Shown piece by piece: positions 58,825-64,000 of a DNA stretch of 64,000 bases. The position numbers and the translations under genes were made by a program. The stretch is from a virus. The DNA lies in the IMG/VR virus record IMGVR_UViG_3300035698_006348, positions 1 to 64,000 of that record. One strand, written 5' to 3'. Each line of letters opens with the position of its first letter. Within the stretch, counting starts at the first letter, position 1. The notes under the pieces are model-generated. The model was not told the DNA's origin and searched no databases. It was given only the letters and a program-made list of their open reading frames with translations.

Positions 58825-61565
58825 TGGCACTAATTGAGAATGTGAATCAAGAGGATTTAATTCTTTATGAAATATTAAAGCATCCAGTATTATCTGGTGA
58901 GTTCCTTCAAAACTTAGATAGACTCGAACATGAAGATATTTTTAAGTTTGAGTGGTATCAGGTGGATTTTTTAGCTGATTTTGCTAAGCAAGTGTCTATT
59001 GCTTGTGGAAGGGCTGTTGGGAAGACAGTTAGTCTAACTAATATGACTATATGGTTACTTATAAATAAGATTTTCCCAGAAGATTATATAGTATATACAG
59101 TTCCAAGTAAGGTTCATTTAGATCCAGTTTTTACATCTCTTACTAGAATGTTTAGAAGTAACTCTTTATTAAAGAATTTTTTACAGGCAAAGAAAGGGAT
59201 AAATGGTTCTGATTTTACAATAAACCTTTTAAATGGCACAACACTAATGTGTCGTATAGCTGGCCAATCTGGAACTGGGGCTAATGTTATTGGTTTACAT
59301 ACACCATTTATAATTCTTGATGAGTGTATTGTTGGTACTCAGCATGTTGCTATGCCAACTTGTAATAAAACAGCAGATAATGTAAAAGTTGGAGATTCCA
59401 TATTATCATGGAATGGTGAATCTATTGAAGAGGATAGAGTTATAAATGTTCGCCGTACCAAAAGAGAGCAAAAAGTTTTAGAGGTTGTATATGATTCTGG
59501 GAAAATTAGAGTAGGAGAAAATCATAAAATATATACAGATAATGGATATGTTAAAGCCTCAGAGTTAGTAGTAGGTGATAATATATACTATACTGAAACT
59601 ACTAGAAGTAATCTGCCATGGACGAAGAAAGATTATAAAATTTTGGAAAAGAATGTTCAAGTTGGAATTCGTGTAAAAGAAGTAGCAAAAATACTAAATC
59701 GTTCTGAGCAGTCTGTTTTTAGTAAAATAGAGAAAAAATATACTTCTACCCACAATTTATTTTATTCTAAGCCCCTAACAGAAAAGCAATTAGATATAAT
59801 TAGGGGATCATTATTAGGAGATGGGTCTACAGCAATATACACAAAAACTGCATCATACTCTACTAATCATAGTTTAAAACAAAAAGAGTACGTTGATTGG
59901 TTATATACTGAATTGAAATCAATTACTAGATGTAAACCACGAATTTATAAAAATGGTGGCTATGGTGAATATAACTATGCCTTTTCAACGCTAGGTCATC
60001 CAGAGATTTTTGATATTGTTTCAAAATTATACATAAATGGTAAAAAGACAGTTACACGAGAGTATTTAGATAAATTATCAAAATTAGCATTGGCTGTATG
60101 GTGGATGGATGATGGATCAAATAGTGGTGTATTGTCTTCACATTCTTTCTCAAAAGAAGAAAATGAAATTGTAATTGAGTGGATGAAGGATACTTTTTCA
60201 ATAAATTGTAAATTATATAAAGATAAAAAAAGAAACTTATATTTTATAATATTTCCTGCAAAATCTAAAAGAGAACTAAATAAGCTTTTAGCCCCCTATA
60301 TGCATAAGGCTATGAAATATAAAGTAGGTATAGGGAAATATAATAATGAATATACCTTACCAAATATTGAACTTATTGGTAAAGGCGAAGATAATAAATC
60401 ATTAGTAAAAAAAGTAGTACTTAATATTAGAGAGGTAAATACAAGGGCTGCTTATCTTTATAACTTTGAAGTTGAAAAGAATCATAACTATTTTGTAAAT
60501 GGTATTCTTACTAAAAATTCTGGTTACTACCCCTGGGGCACATGGTTAGAGTTACAACCAACACGTAATACTTGGACACCTGGAAGTAGGATTATTACAT
60601 CAGGAGTTCCAACAGGTTTACGGGAATCAAATGTTCTGTATAATACAGACATGGTAGATGGGGGATATATGAAACATAGAATAAGTGCATATGATAACCC
60701 ACGATTTACAAAAGAAGACGAAGAAAATGCCATAGCTCAATATGGTGGAAAAGATGGTGAGGATTTTACTCACTTTATTATGGGTAGGCATGGTAAACCA
60801 TTATATTCATTATTTGACAGATCCTTATTTAAGGTTGAACCCTATCCAGTATACAAACTGAAGATAAATGGTCTAAAAATGACAGGGGATATTGCTGAGT
60901 ATCTTACAAGAATAAGAACAATTCCAAATACTGATGAAGGTGTTGAAACAATTATTGGAATTGACTTAGGTTATACTGAACCGACAGCTATTGTTGTAAT
61001 GTATAAAAATAAGAAAGGCAGATTTAAATTTCATTGTAGAATAGAATTGAAGAAAGTTCCATATCCTATACAAGAGATTATAATAGATTTACTAGATACA
61101 AAGTTTGCTCCTTTTAAAATAGGAATTGATAAAGGTAGTTCAGGTATTTCAGTAATCCAGAACCTAACTAGTAATTTAAAATATGGTCATAAAAATTATG
61201 AAGATATTATTGTACCAGTTGATTTCTCATCTTCAATAGTAATTGGTTTAGATGCAGATGGTGCAGAAATAAAATCAAAGACAAAGCCATTCTCTACTTC
61301 AATTTTACAAGATTACTCAAATAATCATAAAATAGTTTATTCGTCAACAGATTTGGAAATGATAACTGAACTTGAACGAATGTCATATACTAAAACCCCA
61401 TCTGGTGATATTGTATATAAAACTTTAACCCAAAGAGGTGGGACACGGGGAGAAGATCACTTTACTGCTGCTATGCTTTGTTTTTCATTATCAAATTATT
61501 TGTATACAGATTATATAAATATGCGAAGAACTAGAAAATTAGCAGCCCCAACATGGATACGTTAA
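58824..61565 (+). CDS. terL: Terminase large subunit, intein-containing
   Basis: GRAVGKT Walker A, ILDE Walker B, SGVP.G, nuclease GIDLG/GID and D-H motifs; followed by the portal gene. Confidence 0.85.
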   Translation: MALIENVNQEDLILYEILKHPVLSGEFLQNLDRLEHEDIFKFEWYQVDFLADFAKQVSIACGRAVGKTVSLTNMTIWLLINKIFPEDYIVYTVPSKVHLDPVFTSLTRMFRSNSLLKNFLQAKKGINGSDFTINLLNGTTLMCRIAGQSGTGANVIGLHTPFIILDECIVGTQHVAMPTCNKTADNVKVGDSILSWNGESIEEDRVINVRRTKREQKVLEVVYDSGKIRVGENHKIYTDNGYVKASELVVGDNIYYTETTRSNLPWTKKDYKILEKNVQVGIRVKEVAKILNRSEQSVFSKIEKKYTSTHNLFYSKPLTEKQLDIIRGSLLGDGSTAIYTKTASYSTNHSLKQKEYVDWLYTELKSITRCKPRIYKNGGYGEYNYAFSTLGHPEIFDIVSKLYINGKKTVTREYLDKLSKLALAVWWMDDGSNSGVLSSHSFSKEENEIVIEWMKDTFSINCKLYKDKKRNLYFIIFPAKSKRELNKLLAPYMHKAMKYKVGIGKYNNEYTLPNIELIGKGEDNKSLVKKVVLNIREVNTRAAYLYNFEVEKNHNYFVNGILTKNSGYYPWGTWLELQPTRNTWTPGSRIITSGVPTGLRESNVLYNTDMVDGGYMKHRISAYDNPRFTKEDEENAIAQYGGKDGEDFTHFIMGRHGKPLYSLFDRSLFKVEPYPVYKLKINGLKMTGDIAEYLTRIRTIPNTDEGVETIIGIDLGYTEPTAIVVMYKNKKGRFKFHCRIELKKVPYPIQEIIIDLLDTKFAPFKIGIDKGSSGISVIQNLTSNLKYGHKNYEDIIVPVDFSSSIVIGLDADGAEIKSKTKPFSTSILQDYSNNHKIVYSSTDLEMITELERMSYTKTPSGDIVYKTLTQRGGTRGEDHFTAAMLCFSLSNYLYTDYINMRRTRKLAAPTWIR
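59325..60518 (+). mobile_element. Intein with LAGLIDADG homing endonuclease (398 aa) in terL
   Basis: Starts CIVG right after ILDE; GSLLGDG and WWMDDG motifs; ends YNFEV..NHNYFVNGILTKN|S. Confidence 0.9.
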
Positions 61566-63073
61566 TTATGCCTGAAAAAACAAAAGATGTTACTCCAGAA
61601 GAGGTTACACAGAAACTAGCTTTAGCTAGTAGTCTTAGTATATACCCCTCTGGCACTGCTGCACCGTGGTCACCTACAGATGTAGATAAAATGGATGTAG
61701 CTGATGTAGATACTCACTTTTCAAAAGTAGTATCTATGTGTAAGTTTTTCTATAAAAGAGACCCATTAGCCTCAACTGTTATTAATAAGGTAGTTGATAT
61801 AGCTATAAGTAATCTAATATTTGATAAAAATGATTTAAACGATAATGAGTTTAAAATCTATACTTCTATAAGAACAGAACTTACAGAGTTTGCAGAAGCA
61901 ATGGCACTTGAATTTCTATTATCTGGGCTTGTTGTTCCAGAGATAAGTTATAGCAAGGTTTTAAAAGAAAAGTTACAGATGTTTGGTATTAAAAAATACA
62001 CAAATCTTACATTACCTGTAACAATGTGGCTAAGAAATCCTAGTGATATAGCAATAAAACAATCCTTATTTTCTGATAAACCTTCTTACTATCTGCATAT
62101 TTCCGATGCTATTATATATTTCCTACAGCATGAAGGGAGATATTCAGATGGCATGGTGGATACAAAACTGTATAGAGAAATTCTTGTTTTATATCCTGAG
62201 TTTGTAGCTGCTGTTCTTAGAGGAGAAAAATACATATTATTAGAAAACGAACTAATATTTAGACGTAGACCAACAACTGATTCACCTTATCCATTACCTT
62301 TCTTATATCCATCTCTTGAGGCTATGAAACATAAACGTAATTTACGTAGAATGGATTATTCTATTGCATCTAGAGTTATTAGTGCTATTATGCTATTCAA
62401 GCTTGGATCAGATGAGTTTCCTATAACTGCTGATAATAGTGAAGATTTTGAAGCAATTAAAAATCAAATGGCATGGAGAGATACTCAAGGAAGAGATATA
62501 GAACGCATCTTCCAATTGTTTGCAAACCATACATTGGCTATTGAGTGGATATATCCTCCAACTGAGGCATTACTAAATGATATAAAGTATATAAATATAA
62601 ATCAAGACATTATTTTTGGTATGGGATTTCCAAGGATTCTTATAACAGGTGAGTCTGAAAGAAGTAATTCATCCAACCCAGAGTATGCACTTATGGGTCC
62701 AATTAAGACAATGGAGAATATGCGTAGAAAGCTAGAAGTTATTCTTAATAAGATTCTATATAAAATTAAAACTATGAATGGTCTAAAAGGTACTCCTGGT
62801 GTACATTTCTCAGAAATGAATTTAGTTAGTTTTGAGGTCTTTATCTCTGGGTTATCAGAATTATATACAACAGGTAACTTATCTAGAGAAGCTTACGCAG
62901 AAGCTTTTGGATATAATTGGAATGATGAAATTCAGAAACGAATTGATGAGCAGGCTATTATTGAAGATTCAGGAATACCCGAGTTTGCACCTGTGCCTCA
63001 TTCACAGAATCCAGAGAGTACAACTGAGCCTATGGTGAAACCTGTGAAAAAGGATGAAAATACTAAGAAATAA
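61553..63073 (+). CDS. Portal protein
   Basis: 506 aa directly after terL; portal-like size, DPL..TVINK and helical pattern. Confidence 0.7.
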   Translation: MDTLIMPEKTKDVTPEEVTQKLALASSLSIYPSGTAAPWSPTDVDKMDVADVDTHFSKVVSMCKFFYKRDPLASTVINKVVDIAISNLIFDKNDLNDNEFKIYTSIRTELTEFAEAMALEFLLSGLVVPEISYSKVLKEKLQMFGIKKYTNLTLPVTMWLRNPSDIAIKQSLFSDKPSYYLHISDAIIYFLQHEGRYSDGMVDTKLYREILVLYPEFVAAVLRGEKYILLENELIFRRRPTTDSPYPLPFLYPSLEAMKHKRNLRRMDYSIASRVISAIMLFKLGSDEFPITADNSEDFEAIKNQMAWRDTQGRDIERIFQLFANHTLAIEWIYPPTEALLNDIKYININQDIIFGMGFPRILITGESERSNSSNPEYALMGPIKTMENMRRKLEVILNKILYKIKTMNGLKGTPGVHFSEMNLVSFEVFISGLSELYTTGNLSREAYAEAFGYNWNDEIQKRIDEQAIIEDSGIPEFAPVPHSQNPESTTEPMVKPVKKDENTKK

Positions 63074-63169
63074 GTAAATTATACATAACTTTATATGTTT
63101 TTCACTAAAATGGTGTATAATTATAATGAATCTAGGTATGGAAACAACCCTTACCTAAGAGGGATGTCT

Positions 63170-64000
63170 ATGAAGAAAACTGTTGTATTGACAACAAATT
63201 TAAGATCATTGACAAGTAATGATCTTAAGAAAGAAACCTTTGCGTCTATAGTTGAAAAAGATACCCGTCCTATTACGTGGGCAACATTTATCCTTACGGA
63301 TGATATCCCAAATGGGAATAAGCAACGTGTTCCAAAAGATGAGTTTGCTAACCTAATTAGTACTGGTGTTTTTATGCCTGTGAAAATGAAGCGTGGTGAA
63401 ATTGCCAGAGGACATAAAGATTCTGAGCCTCTTGGTGTTATCTCCCATTTACTAGAAGAAAAAAACCAGGTATATGGTTTAGCTGCTTTATGGGATAAAG
63501 AACGCCCAGAAGATATTGAGCACCTAAAAAAATTATTTGACGAGGATGGTAGTTTACAACTTTCATGGGAAATTTCCTATGAAAAAGAGGAAGCGTCTGC
63601 CGAATATGAAGGTGTTACTGATTTACATGATTTAACTTTGAATGCTGTCACACTTGTCGGAATGCCGGCATATAAGGGCAGAACACCGATTACGGCATTA
63701 GCATCAGAAGATCAGGAGGATATTTTGGACGAATTGAAAGTATTACAGGGAAAATATGATGAGCTTGAAACTAAGTACAATAAGCTTGTTTCAGAGGCAT
63801 CTACTAAAGAAGCTTCTTTAGCAACTACAGAAGCAGAACTTGTTGTATTACGTGAGTTTAAAGCTGGTATTGATGAAGAAAACGAAAAGGCTGAAAAGTT
63901 AGCTGCAATCAAAGTTAAATTTGAAGAAGCTTCTCTTGAGCGTGGTACTGAGTTTTTCGATGAAAAAGCCGATTTACTTTTATCATTTACTGATGAAGGT
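63170..64000 (+). CDS. Prohead protease/scaffold protein (3'-truncated; not in ORF track)
   Basis: Open to the window end: PNGNKQR...GH...SWEI...VG.PAY followed by an acidic coiled coil. Confidence 0.6.
   Translation, partial: MKKTVVLTTNLRSLTSNDLKKETFASIVEKDTRPITWATFILTDDIPNGNKQRVPKDEFANLISTGVFMPVKMKRGEIARGHKDSEPLGVISHLLEEKNQVYGLAALWDKERPEDIEHLKKLFDEDGSLQLSWEISYEKEEASAEYEGVTDLHDLTLNAVTLVGMPAYKGRTPITALASEDQEDILDELKVLQGKYDELETKYNKLVSEASTKEASLATTEAELVVLREFKAGIDEENEKAEKLAAIKVKFEEASLERGTEFFDEKADLLLSFTDEG

Noticed and set aside
1-64000. Alternative genetic code (stop-codon reassignment) or prophage boundaries
   Set aside because: Core genes are intact in the standard code, no suppressor tRNA is seen, and no integrase, att site or host housekeeping flank is present

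Overview
AT-rich segment of a large tailed dsDNA phage genome (Caudoviricetes-like). No integrase, CRISPR array or rRNA is seen. Layout: (1) 1-6.9 kb, + strand: end of the late/tail region. LamG-domain fibre genes are interrupted by a Zn-finger/PD-(D/E)xK endonuclease and followed by a lysis-like cassette (GH25-like protein, membrane PAS protein, small TM/coiled-coil protein). (2) About 7.0-7.5 kb: non-coding junction. (3) 7.5-28 kb, + strand: early/accessory genes, including many tiny membrane peptides, tandem paralogues, a phiEco32-like amidoligase/GATase/ATP-grasp cluster with a RuvB-like ATPase, and RtcB. (4) Bidirectional terminator at 28.0 kb. (5) 28-47.9 kb, - strand: replication and nucleotide metabolism (PolA, RecA, SSB-like, DnaB, resolvase, Cas4-like and RNase H-like nucleases, dNMP kinase, primase, dUTPase, Dam-like MTase, intein-containing class II RNR). 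(6) Duplicated divergent sigma70-type promoters near 48 kb, three tRNAs and a block of putative structured RNAs ending in 2.2 covarying pseudoknot repeats reminiscent of type III antitoxin RNA. (7) 51-59 kb: an 11-gene nucleotide-sugar/glycan-modification cluster coupled directly to an intein-containing terminase large subunit, portal and prohead protease/scaffold. All calls come from motif recognition by eye; no searches were run.
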